DNA from: Octopus vulgaris
Taxonomy: Eukaryota
DNA: 64,000 nucleotides
Assembly (NCBI GenBank): GCA_951406725.2
Contig: OX597816.1
Location: 177,196,001 to 177,260,000, forward strand
Direction of reading: 5' to 3'
Notes under the pieces: generated by a model
Databases searched by the model: none
Told to the model about the DNA's origin: nothing
The model's input: only the letters and a program-made list of their open reading frames with translations
In this document: positions 28,317 to 40,639 of the stretch, piece by piece
How the letters are laid out: every line of letters begins with the position of its first letter
Position numbering within the stretch: the first letter of the stretch is position 1
Program-made: the position numbers and the translations under genes

Positions 28317-28863
28317 AAGTTCTCAAATAAATAAGTAAATAAATGAGACAGAAAAAGTTTGAAGATAGATAAATGGATAGGTAGGTAGCTGGAGAGGAAG
28401 GTAGGTAGAAAAGTATTGATATCTTGAAGAAGTAAGTGTCAGTTATAAAATGAAAGAAATAAAATACAGCAGCATTATACGCACATAGTGGAGTAAGAAG
28501 AGAAGAGAGAGAGAGAGAGAAAGAGAGAAAAAATAAGGAATCTGTGAAAGAGACAGAGAACGGAGGAGGGTGAAGAAAAAAAAAATGAGAGTGCAAGAGA
28601 AAGAAAGAAAGAAAAATAGTAAGAAGGAGAATGAGAGTGGAGAGAGGGCGAGTGGTTAATTTACTATTTCAACAGACGCCAAATCTACAAAAACTGTGAA
28701 GCTCTCCTGGTATCGTTGCTAAAACAGTTGCGATTCTGCTCTCGATATCTCTCTCTTCTCGGCGTTGCTTTTTTTCTTGTTGTTCGGCCTTTTACTTTCT
28801 TTTTCTCAAGGAAAAAATTGTATATTATATATATACATAGTAAGAGATATGTATGTGTGTGTC

Positions 28864-28916
<53 letters not shown>

Positions 28917-29714
28917 GAGGAGGGACCACCTTATGCTGTATATATTGGGGGCCTAGTGACGAAGAGAACGAAACTGTAAGGTAAATAGGGCTCCGGTAAA
29001 TCACGAAAGAGTTAAAATAACAAGACAGGCATGATTTTTGTTTGTTTTTGTTGTTTACTTTACTTTTCTTAGTACTGTTTTTTTCCTTCCCCGTTTTTTT
29101 TCTTTTGGTCATAGTACTAGCAGTGATAGTGGTGGTCGTGGTGGTAGTAGTGATGAAGCAAGCCTTGCCTGGAGGCGGAGAAAAAAATTGACACTCCCGA
29201 TAGTGGGCGTGACACTGCGCGACCAGTACATGAATGAAATACATCGTACTTCTAACCCAAATTACAGAACAGGCCACACACATAAAGTTGACGGGCGGCC
29301 ACATCCGACAACCATATTCCTTCTTTTCCTCCCCTCAAAACTTATTGGTGTGGATACGTGTCTGTGTCTTTGAGTGCACGTGCTTGTGTGAGTGACTGAG
29401 CGCGCACACTAAATGTAAACAGACACGCTCTCACACTCCCACATTAATGTACAGTGACATATACACAATATGCACACACGAACTGTACGACGACGATCAA
29501 TGCCACCAACACAGAAGAATATACATAAGGCCACACACACACACACACACACACACAAGTACACACACACACGCAACATTACATATATATATATATGAGT
29601 GTGGTTGAACATATCTGTGTTAATATATTATCTGTCAATCTCTCTCTCTCTGTCTCTCTCTCTCTCTCTATCTTTTACATGCACATACATATACATGTAT
29701 CCACACCTATATAA

Positions 29715-29778
<64 letters not shown>

Positions 29779-30145
29779 ACATTTATATAAATACCTATAC
29801 TCATACACATATGTACGATGTACATATGTGCATATAGATGCATACATAAATATGTATGTGTGTGTGTGTGTGTGTGTATGTGTAGACGTATACACACACA
29901 CACGCACACGAGCATTTGAGATTCTAACAATGAAACTACTTCTCCAGCAGAATAAGAAACCCAGTGATCATCTAAACCAAGGTTGCGAAGACGTATGTAA
30001 AAATATCATTTGAATAACTAATGAACTTTAGAAGAGTCACGAAGGCTGACAGATCTCTCTCAGAGCGCTGGGAAAAGGCTACCAAACAGTAGTTGAAAAT
30101 AACAAAAGTAATTCGACCAGTTTACTAATAATTCTTTCGGTTAAG

Positions 30146-30494
30146 CAGGAGTTCTCAACCATTTTTCATCTATGGGCCCATTTTGATTACTATTTTATTC
30201 TGGTGGACTCCCACAGTCATTCGATCTTTAAAACCTAGTTTTATAGAAACTTCTTTCAAAATTCCTAATTTGTTTCTCACACATTATCTTGTGTAGGTTG
30301 AACTATGTAAAATTTAAGAGAAGGAATCCTGGCTGCTTCTTGCAATATATATTAATACATATCTCTAAAGCAAACTGTTTTAGAGGTCCTTAAAATACTA
30401 TTGTGGATCCCCAATTTCCAATTTTGTTGCGTGGATCCCCAGAAATCTTATCTGGACTCTCAGAGACCATATGGACCCCGGTTGAGAAACACTG
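30146..30494. mobile_element. hAT/Charlie-type MITE
   Basis: TIRs CAGGAGTTCTCAACC and GGTTGAGAAACACTG; the flanks share TTAAG (degenerate TSD). Confidence 0.75.
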
Positions 30495-30837
30495 TATTAA
30501 GGGAATAAGGCTTGAAATTATGGGGAGGCTAGTCGATTGCTTTGACCCCACTGCTCAACTGGTAATTATTTTATGACTTCCGGCAGGACGAAAGGTAAAG
30601 TCGACTTCTGCAGAATTGGAACTCAGAATGTAGAACTGGAAGAAATGCTGCGTGCTTAACGATTGTGTCTGCTCGCCGTGTTTAGTTTATTGCAAATGGA
30701 GAGGAGCAACATGACATGGAGAATTTCGCTCAAGAAAGCAATGCAGCGTCTCTGGGAATCGAAACCGTGTTCTTGCGATCGTGAGTACAACACCCTAACT
30801 ACTTGGCCACGCGTTTCTAGTTTACTAATAACATCGT

Positions 30838-31410
<573 letters not shown>

Positions 31411-31819
31411 AAAATATTGAATATCTGAAACGAAAAGCACAGAAAGTAGAGGGCATAAAAGTATATGGGGAACTCTAGTACGGAATACCGACAGTTATGT
31501 AACATCTTATCTTGAGTGTTTACCTCTATGCAATGATGGAGCAAGGAATCCTCCCTCACCAAATGCACCACACAAAAGATAGAATGCATCAGTCAACAAT
31601 AAATGTAACCTAGGCAAAATTAAAGTTGAAGACATTTGCAACTTCAATGGAAAGTTCGTATACAAGAATCCCATAAGATATGATGTGGTAGCCAAAGCAA
31701 TGTAGGACAGAGTACGATAGAAAATATAAAGGACAATATTAAGAGGAATGTATATTGATATAAAGGCAATATAAAGAGGAATATATATATATAAAAGAGA
31801 ACTACGTCTACGTACGCAG

Positions 31820-31869
<50 letters not shown>

Positions 31870-31874
<5 letters not shown>

Positions 31875-32501
31875 TAAATGAGGGTGAAAAATCGATATTA
31901 ATTTAATAATACCATCAATTTAACACCAAGTGGCTTAGCACAAAAACCCACGGAGAAAATACAAATTTATACATAAATTATTAGAGAGTTATCCACTATG
32001 TGGATAACTCTAGTGCTAAAAATAGCTCCGAAGCAACCACAGAAGATCCGTTTCCAACTGGAATCAACATATATTTAACCGAAGGAAAGTGAAATACAAC
32101 GAATAAAATAGATTGACTCTATACAATTGTTTCATTACTAATGCAATATGTAGTTTTACTTACACTTGCATCCATAAATCTTCGGTAGAGTTTGTCACAA
32201 ATGCAATTAATTAGATCGATTCGAGGGTCAAAAACACGAGCGGTCCAACCAATTACATTTTTAGTTATGTCTCAAATTCCGCGCCAAAAGCATGCCTAGA
32301 CTCCATTGGAAACGTATGCCGCATCAAATAAAATATTAACTGCCGCATGGTTAAATTTATAAAATTATAAATGAGGGTGAAAAATCGATATTAATTTAAA
32401 TGTGTGTTGATTCCAGTTGGAAACGGATCTTCTGTGGTTGCTTCGGAGCTATTTTTAGCACTAGAGTTATCCACATAGTGGATAACTCTCTAATAATTTA
32501 T
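31870..32501 (-). mobile_element. (TA)n-embedded non-coding element with direct and inverted terminal duplications and a hammerhead-like motif (Penelope-like inference)
   Basis: 37-bp direct repeat at 31870-31906 and 32363-32399; 106-bp inverted repeat at 31973-32078 and 32396-32501; HHR-like fold at 32116-32191. Confidence 0.6.
32116..32191 (-). ncRNA. Type-I hammerhead-like motif (CCGAAGA core variant)
   Basis: ACTCTA-CCGAAGA-[long stem II with ATGCAA/TTGCAT]-GAAA-CAATTG-TA-TAGAGT; perfect 6-bp stem I. Confidence 0.55.
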
Positions 32502-32881
32502 ATATATATATATATATATAATAAAATACAAAATGGGACAAGAACGCAAAGCGGGACAACAAAACATCCAGATAGACGATACAAAAAAAAAAAAAACACG
32601 GACGGGTCATTCGAAGCCTTTTATCTTCAGTCAAGAACCGGATCATCCTCGCAATTTCGGCTGGTTAATCTTGAGATTGCTCCAATCTGGCCAACCCCAA
32701 GGAAAAACTAAGCTACGAGCATTAGATTCCTTGGAAAAAAGCAACGAAAGTATACGAAACAAGGACGGAAAAACAGACGATGTTATACGAATATCAATAC
32801 AAAATACAATAAAAAAACAATAATAATAACAGGACATAACAAACAAAATGCAATGAGGAATATATTGAAACAGATTTATCA

Positions 32882-33550
32882 AAAAATATTGATTTCAAAT
32901 ATTGGCACGAGATCAGCAATTTCGGAGCAGTGGGTAGGTCAACTACATTGACTTCAGTACTCTTCTGGTACTTATTTTATCAACCCGAAAGGCAATGAGG
33001 ACTTCGATGGTATTTGAACCTTCAGGTTCAAATACCAACTAAGGCGGCGAGCTGGCAGACACGTTAGCGCGCCGGGAGAAATGCTTAGCGGTATTTCGTC
33101 TGCCGTTACGTTCTGAGTTCAAATTCTGCCGTGGTCGACTTTGCCTTTCATCCTTTCGGGGTCGATAAATTAAGTACCAGTTACACACTGGGGTCGATGT
33201 AATCGACTTATTACCTATGTCTGTCCTTGTTTGTCCCCTCTATGTTTAGCCCCTTGTGGGTAATAAAGAAATAGGTATTTGAACCTTGAACGTGAAGACG
33301 GACTAAAATACCTATTTCTTTATTACCCACAAGGGGCTAAACATAGAGGAGACAAACAAGGACAGACATAGGTATTAAGTCGATTATATCGACCCCAGAG
33401 CGTAACTGGTACTTAATTTATCGACCCCGAAAGGATGAAAGGCAAAGTTGACCTCGGCGGAATTTGAGCTCACAACGTAACGACAGACGAAATACCGCTA
33501 AGCATTTCATCCGGCGTGCTAACGTTTCTGCCAGCTCGCCGCCTTAGAAA
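32882..33550. mobile_element. Nested SINE-A cluster: an old copy hosting two young tail-to-tail copies (33041-33273 +, 33313-33547 -)
   Basis: Outer 27-bp direct repeat at 32855-32881 and 33551-33577; inner 14-bp TSD GGTATTTGAACCTT at 33009 and 33274. Confidence 0.8.
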
Positions 33551-33836
33551 GAGGAATACATTGGAACAGATTTATCATGCGTCGCTTAACGTAACAATAC
33601 AGAACGCTTAACTGGAGTTTGAGAGGTACGGCGTTCGATTCTCTGTAGCGGGTTTGCAAGCCACACTTTTAAGGCGCAGGCGTAGCTGTGTGGTAAGAAG
33701 CTTGTTTCCTAAACACATGGTTCCGAGTTCAGGCCTACTGTGTGGCACCTTCGGCGAGTGTCTTCTACTCTAGCCTCAGACCGATCAAAACCTTGTGAGT
33801 GGATTTGGTTGATGGAAACTATAAGAATCACGTTGT

Positions 33837-33898
<62 letters not shown>

Positions 33899-34356
33899 AT
33901 GTATATATTGTATATATATATAATTGTGTGTGTGTGTGTGTGTGTGGGCCACCACCGCTTGGCAACTGGTCTTGCGTCTTTACGTCCCTGTAACTTAGCG
34001 GTTTGCCAAAAGAAACCGGTAGAAGTACTCGCCTTAAAAAAAGAAAATAATTACTGGGGTCGATTTATTCGACTACAATTTCTTCAAGGCAATGATATAT
34101 ATTGGTGTGTGTGTCTTTGTATCTGTGTTTGTCCTCCCCTCCCTCATCACTTGACAACCGATGCCGGCGTGTTTATGTTCGCGTAATTTAGCGGTTCGGC
34201 ATAATAGACCGATAGAATAAGTACTATGCTTAAAAACAATAATTCCTGGGGTCGAGTTCTTCGACTATAAAACCCTTTAAGGCGGTGCTCCAGCATGGCC
34301 ATTGTCAAATGAGTGAAAAAAATAAACGAATAAAAATATATACATATATATATATG

Positions 34357-34434
<78 letters not shown>

Positions 34435-34499
34435 TAAAATGGTAAGATAACAAAAGAAAGAAAGAGACCTCAATATTATGTAAATAGAGGAAATTTATC

Positions 34500-34709
34500 T
34501 ATACAATTATATGTTACATTACTCGATAGTCAAGATAAAACTCTGAGTTTCAGATGCCGAAGTGGGAATCCACGACATCTCTTCGGTTATCTGGCTATTT
34601 GAAAACGTTTTCAAATAGCCAGATAACCGAAGAGATGTCGTGGATTCCCACTTCGGCATCTGAAACTCAGAGTTTTATCTTGACTATCGAGTAATGTAAC
34701 ATATAATTG

Positions 34710-34713
<4 letters not shown>
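34500..34713. repeat. Perfect 214-bp spacerless palindrome
   Basis: Centre GAAAAC|GTTTTC at 34606/34607; the arms are exact reverse complements by inspection. Confidence 0.95.
34621..34680 (+). ncRNA. Type-I hammerhead-like motif (CCGAAGA variant); mirror copy at 34533-34592 (-)
   Basis: AGATAA-CCGAAGA-GATGTCG...CGGCATC-t-GAAA-CTC-a-GAG-T-T-TTATCT. Confidence 0.5.
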
Positions 34714-34742
<29 letters not shown>

Positions 34743-34743
34743 A

Positions 34744-35155
34744 CTCTTTTACTCTTTTACTCTTTTACTTGTTTCAGTCATTTGACTGCGGCCATGCTGG
34801 AGCACCGCCTTTAATCGAGCAATTCGACCCCGGGACTTATTCTTTTGTAAGCCCAGTACTTATTCTATCGGTCTCTTTTGCCGAACCGCTAAGTAACGGG
34901 GACATAAACACACCAGCATCGGTTGTCAATCAATGCTAGGGGGACAAACACAGACACACAAACACACAGACGCATATATATATATACATATATACGACGG
35001 GATTCTTTCAGTTTCCGTCTACCAAATCCACTCACAAGGCTTTGGTCGGCCTGAGGCTATAGTAGAAGACACTTGCCCAAGGTGCCACGCAGTGGGACTG
35101 AACCCGGAACCCTGTAGTTGGTAAACAAGCTACTTACCACACAGCCACTCCTGCG
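34744..35155 (-). mobile_element. Young full-length SINE family B copy
   Basis: Head ends ...CACAGCCACTCCTGCG on the + strand; (GTAAAAGA)3 tail at 34744-34768. Confidence 0.85.
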
Positions 35156-35268
35156 TCTCTCTATATATATATATGTATACTTTTATTCGTTTCAAAAAGT
35201 GACCTCGTGTGTACCGTTGGCGATTTTTTCCCTCTGTCTTCCCTTCTCTGGATCTTTCCTTCTCCTAT

Positions 35269-35303
35269 GTTTCCGACGAAGAGCTCCGCTCGAAACGTTA
35301 AAC
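35269..35303 (+). ncRNA. Minimal type-I hammerhead-like motif (CCGACGA variant)
   Basis: Identical 35-mer to 23383-23417 (-), within the (TA)n-flanked repeat ~35180-35400. Confidence 0.5.
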
Positions 35304-35397
35304 CCTCCTTCTTTCCTTCTTTCCTGAGCGTCCAATAATACTATATTTGTTCCACGTCCTCGTGTTGTTGTGTTTTTTGTGCTTTCTTGTTTGGATT

Positions 35398-35522
<125 letters not shown>

Positions 35523-35787
35523 AATGGAACAAAAACCCAATAGAGGACAATAAAACATTCGGACAGATAGACGATACAAAGGCAGACAGGAGAGAAACAA
35601 CGATTAGAAGGAGAGGGAAAAAAAGACGGGTCATTCGTGGCCTTCATTCCTCAGTCAAGTACCAGAAGTCCTTACTGTTTCGGGCAGTTACAGTTTGATC
35701 TGGTTACCCCCAAAAAAGTCTAAGCTAAGAGCATTATATTTTTAGTAAGGAAGCTAGCGAATGTGTATGGCAACAAAGACAAAAAAT

Positions 35788-35861
<74 letters not shown>

Positions 35862-36314
35862 CTGGTTGAGTTAAAAGTCACGCACAGAATAAGTTCAATA
35901 CGCTCTGGAAGAGAAGTTTGAATTTTCGTAAAATCGAATAAAATCAAATCATGATGAATATATACTCACTTGTTCATGATGAACAAAATGGGTAATAATA
36001 GTAATAATCTACTATAGACACAAGGCCTGAAATTTGGTGGAGGGGACTAGTAGATTATAGCGACCCCAGTGCGTAACTGGTGCTTATTTCATCGACCCTG
36101 AAAAGATGAAAGGCAAAGTCGACCTCAGCGGAATTTGAACTCAGAACGTAAAGATGGACGAAATACCTATTTCTTTACTACCCACAAGGAGCTAAACACA
36201 GAGAGGACAAACAAGGACAGACAAACGGATTAAGTCGATTATATCGACCCCAGTGCGTAACTGGCACTTTTTTAATCGACCCCGAAAGGATTAAAGGCAA
36301 AGTCAACCTCGCAA

Positions 36315-36660
36315 AGTCGAACTGGTATGAGCATGTACCAAGTAAAGATATGCAGGAAGATGAAAAAGTAACGATGCTCTGGGACTATGATTTTCATGTT
36401 GAATAAGAGAGACAAATACTATCAGATCATTGATGTAGCTATATCAGATTACATGAATGTTGTGAGTAAAGAGGTTGAGAAAATCACCAAGTACTCCGAA
36501 CTGAAAGTGGAAATGGCAAGACTGTATGGAATGCAAGAGGGTAATGTAAAAGTGATGCAAGTGGTGATCGGAGCGTCGGGCTCAAGATTGATGTCTTGCA
36601 AAAAGCAGCCTTATTGGGTATAACGCACATCTTAAGGAAAGTATTATCTGTCTCAGGACC
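36315..36660 (+). mobile_element. R4/Dong-like non-LTR retrotransposon C-terminal fragment (restriction-like endonuclease region)
   Basis: WYEHVP...MLWDYDF...IIDVAI...KEVEKITKYSELKVEM...VIGASG...LQKAALLG.THILRKVL across frames. Confidence 0.75.
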
Positions 36661-36925
36661 TTGTTGTCACATGGCAGATGACTAAAGACTCCGGTGCATT
36701 TTTACCTACACTGTGTTACGAAAGAATAAAAACACAATCCTTTTTACCAAAGGCACAAAACCTGGATTTTTGTGGGGAAGGGGACAATCGATCACACCGA
36801 CCCCAGTACGCAATTGGTACTTAATTTATCGACCCCGAAAGGATGAAATGCAAAGTCGACGGGCGAAATACAGCCAAACATTTTGCCCGGCGTGCTAACG
36901 ATTCTGCCAGCTCGCCGCCTTAATA

Positions 36926-36958
<33 letters not shown>

Positions 36959-37222
36959 AATTCTTTTATTGGCCACAAGGGCTGACAAAAAATAATTATA
37001 ACCAAAAAGGGACAAAACAGGACGAAAGGTTACAAAGGGTTTTGTCCGTTTGTAAAAATCCGTGTAAAAACAGTGTAACAACGAAAATATTTAACAATGA
37101 AAAACTCCCAATAGGGGGAGGTGCTTCGAAAGGTTCCTGGTGGAAAAACCCATAAAAGTCACGGGAGCCTGGCCAAAAGGGGGATAGAGAGCCTCTTTCT
37201 CCTTTTATATTACCTTTTTAAA

Positions 37223-40200
37223 TCACAGGTGAATCCTCAGAATTGGTCCGTTCATACTGGCTATTCTTGCGACATTTATCCACCTTTCAGTAAACTTGCT
37301 ATCGGACAGCACTTCCCTCTCTACTCTCACCTTTCTTTTCAAGTGAAACTTGAAAAAGTTGATGAGGCCTGGGCCAAAGAGGAAAGTATCTGACCTCAGC
37401 CCTTTCAAACGGGTCCACCATACCACCTCTTTCGCTACAGCCACAAAGCAAAGGAAAACTGACTTGCTCTCCCAGTTAAAGGAGGTCGGCGGGGCAATCT
37501 TCACTATGAATTCAGCCGATAGTCGGATCCGTCCTACACGCGATAGTAGCTGTTCGACATGAACCCATAGTTCAGCAATATTCGGACACTAGACGAGTGC
37601 GTGCAGAACGGTTTCGTCGTCCTGGCAGCACCTCGGGCAGGTCCGGTTGACAGCACTTCCGTGCCGGTAGAGTTTATCCCGAACAGGCAGTGCCCCTCGG
37701 TAGCACTGCCAGGCGAGCGACCTCTGGAAATTATCCATTGGCCCCGGCCCGAAAGTTCTTCCGAACAGACTGCTTAGCTCGTTATCGTCAACGCCTAGAG
37801 TTTCCCCGAGAACGTCGTCGCACTTTTCTTCCACTAACCCTCTATAGAACGCTAGAGTGGAACTACTACCGATCGCATTGCCCGCATGGTGGAGGGTGGA
37901 GAGAACTTGACGGCACTCGAGGTGCCAAGCGCCCTTTCTCGGTCTGCGTTTGATCCAGGATTGCAGCTCTGTCAAAGAGACGAGTTGCGGAAAGTCGCGT
38001 CTGACAAAAGGCGACCACACCTGTTCACCGTCTAGGAAACGCTTGAGATGCCGTAGCCTGAAAGCATGTCTGAGGATCAGTAACCACGGCATGCCAAGGC
38101 CTCCGTTCAGCGGTCGTTGACAGCAGATGGATCGCCTGACCAGTGGTATCTGACCCTTATACAAAAAGTCGAAGAGCAAGCGCACCAGTTTGGTCAACCA
38201 GCGGTCGGGACAAGGGACGACGGTCAAGCGGTAAATGATGACGGATGCGATGTACGCATTCGCCCCCTCCGCTCGGTCTTCCAGGGACAGCTTCCTCTCG
38301 GCCCATTTCTGGGTGAGATTGGCCACCCTGCTCGTCACTTCTTCCCAGTTTTTATCCACCTGGAGGTTCGGACCGAACCAGACCCCGAGCAGTTTAACGG
38401 GTCCGTCTGTCCAGCGCCATACGACGCTGTTGGACGGCATGGACTTGCCTCTCCGGGTGCCCAGTTGCAAGCCCATGGACTTTTCCGCGTTAATTTTTAC
38501 CCATGTCACCGCTTCGTACTCGTTTAGTGTCTCACCGATCAGGTCAATGTGCCTGTGGCTCGACACCATCACGGTGACGTCGTCGGCATAGGCAGACACG
38601 CTGTTTCCACCTCCTAGATCACGCGGGATACCCCTCAAAGCCTCCAACTTGCGCAGTAATGGCTCGAGAGTCAATATGTACAAGAGGTAGGAGAGAGGGC
38701 ATCCTTGGCGGACCGAACGCGTGATGTTAAACGGCTCCGAAAGGTGACCATTCACCCATATTACCGAGCAGATGTTGCTGTATAAAGCAGAAATCCACCC
38801 GCGGAAGACTGGACCGAAACCGGTATCGATGGTCGACCCTATCGAAGGCTTTACTCTGATCTAAATTGATCAAAGCCCCACCCGCGCCAGCGTCTTTACC
38901 CACCCTCTCTATGATGTAGCGCATGAGATGGAGGTTGTCGTGTATCGACCTGGTCGGCACGGCGCATGTCTGCGCCTTGCCAATCAGCTTGTCCACGACA
39001 AGCGCCAATCTCTTGGCTAACACCTTGGCCAACATCTTCAACTCTGCATTGAGCAGAGTGATGGGCCGAAAGTTCCCTATAACGTCCCCCTTGTTTGGAT
39101 CCTTTCTCAGCAAAGCCACCACTCCTCGACAAACAAAAGCAAGAATTCTCCCGCTTTGCTGCCAGTTGCAGTAGACGTTTGCCAAGAGGCCCGCAAACAA
39201 GTCTGGCATTGAAATGTAAAGCTCGTAGGGCAGTCCATCCAAACCCGGCGATCTACCTCTCGTGCAGGTTTTCTTCTACTTCCCAGGCAGATATCGGTCT
39301 TTCGCATCACTCCGCCTCGTTGTCCGAGAGTTGCGGTAGGCCGTCCAGGTACACACCAAAGTCTGTACCGTTGTCTGTCCCACCGTTCGTCCCAAACAAT
39401 TGAGCAAAGTGTTGCTGAAACACCGCACTCATCTGCTTCGGTTCGGAAACCTCGCGCCCGTTCTGGTCCATCAAAGACCGAATGGTCGCTTTGATGCCAT
39501 GCTTCGCCTCCGCCACGCGGGCCCATCGAGCGGCCTTAGTTCCCTCCCCACTTAGCGAATGCGCCTTAGCTCTGACAACGCAACCTTCATGTTTGGCGTC
39601 AAAGTGTTGGTCGAGGACCAACCTAGCCGCCAACACGTCGGTTGCGATGCCTGTCTCAAGAGCCTCGTCTAGTTTTCTAACTAAATCCCGCTCTGTTTTC
39701 CTATGTTCTACAGCTAGAGACTTACTAAACCTAATCCACTCTGCTCTAATTGCTCTCTTGAGAGGAAACCACCAGTTGTTGTTGATGATTGCCCCGTGAG
39801 CGCCCGTTTAACTAATAAACTAATCCGGTCTCTGTAGGCTTTGCAAGCCGTTAACGACGCGTTCAGCTTCCAGTAGCCGGGTCCCTGTCTATGTAGCCTA
39901 TCTAAGTCGACCGTACAGATAACGAATTTGTGGTCCGTGTAGTCGACTAGGTGGAATTGTGGACACCCTATGCTGTCCTTATCCGCTGGCCTACAGAACA
40001 CTCTAAATACAATCTAGATGACCCGATGCGATTAGTCCAAGTCCACATTGGCACATTCGGGTTGTCTAGTCGAAACCTGTCGGACAGCTGAAAGCGCCTG
40101 AGCAGGTTGGCTCTTGCACCCTCCTCTCCTATCAGATGCTCCCGTGCCCACCCGATCGAAACGTTCGTCTAAGATAGCGTTCCAATCCCCAACTAGCACT

Positions 40201-40605
40201 AGAGTGCGTGACGTTCCTAAGAAAACTTCCAGACGCTTGAAATAATCGGACTGCCCTGCTCCTGTCGGAGCGTAGGCAGCCAGCAGTCTGAAAGCACCGC
40301 CATCACTACCGTCTACGTCGAGGACCACCAACTTCTGGATCCAGGAAGACTGTCCTTATTTTCAAATTCAGGCCCTTCCGAAACAACACCGCAGTACCAC
40401 CACCGCCCGCTCCCGGCCGACACAGAGATAAAAAAATCTCGTATCCGCCGAAAAGGGCCGCGAGTTCCTGCGGGTCGGAGAGCCTGGTTTTACTAATGGC
40501 TGCTACATCCACGCTGTGAAACCTCAGGTCGTTTAACAGGTGGCCCTGTTTCCAAGGTGACCCGAGGCCTCTCACATTTAAGCAACCTATTCTGAGTTTA
40601 GCCAT
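37223..40605 (-). pseudogene. Tx1-clade ORF2 (APE endonuclease plus reverse transcriptase), frameshifted
   Basis: CLNVRGL, GDWNA, TDH, PGYWKLN, DGLP, RPITLLN, LDQSKAFDRVDH, VRQGCPLS, YADD and GGLGMP motifs in successive frames. Confidence 0.92.
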
Positions 40606-40639
40606 GTTTTAAAGGTTCAGAAGGAGAAAAAAGGCTCTA

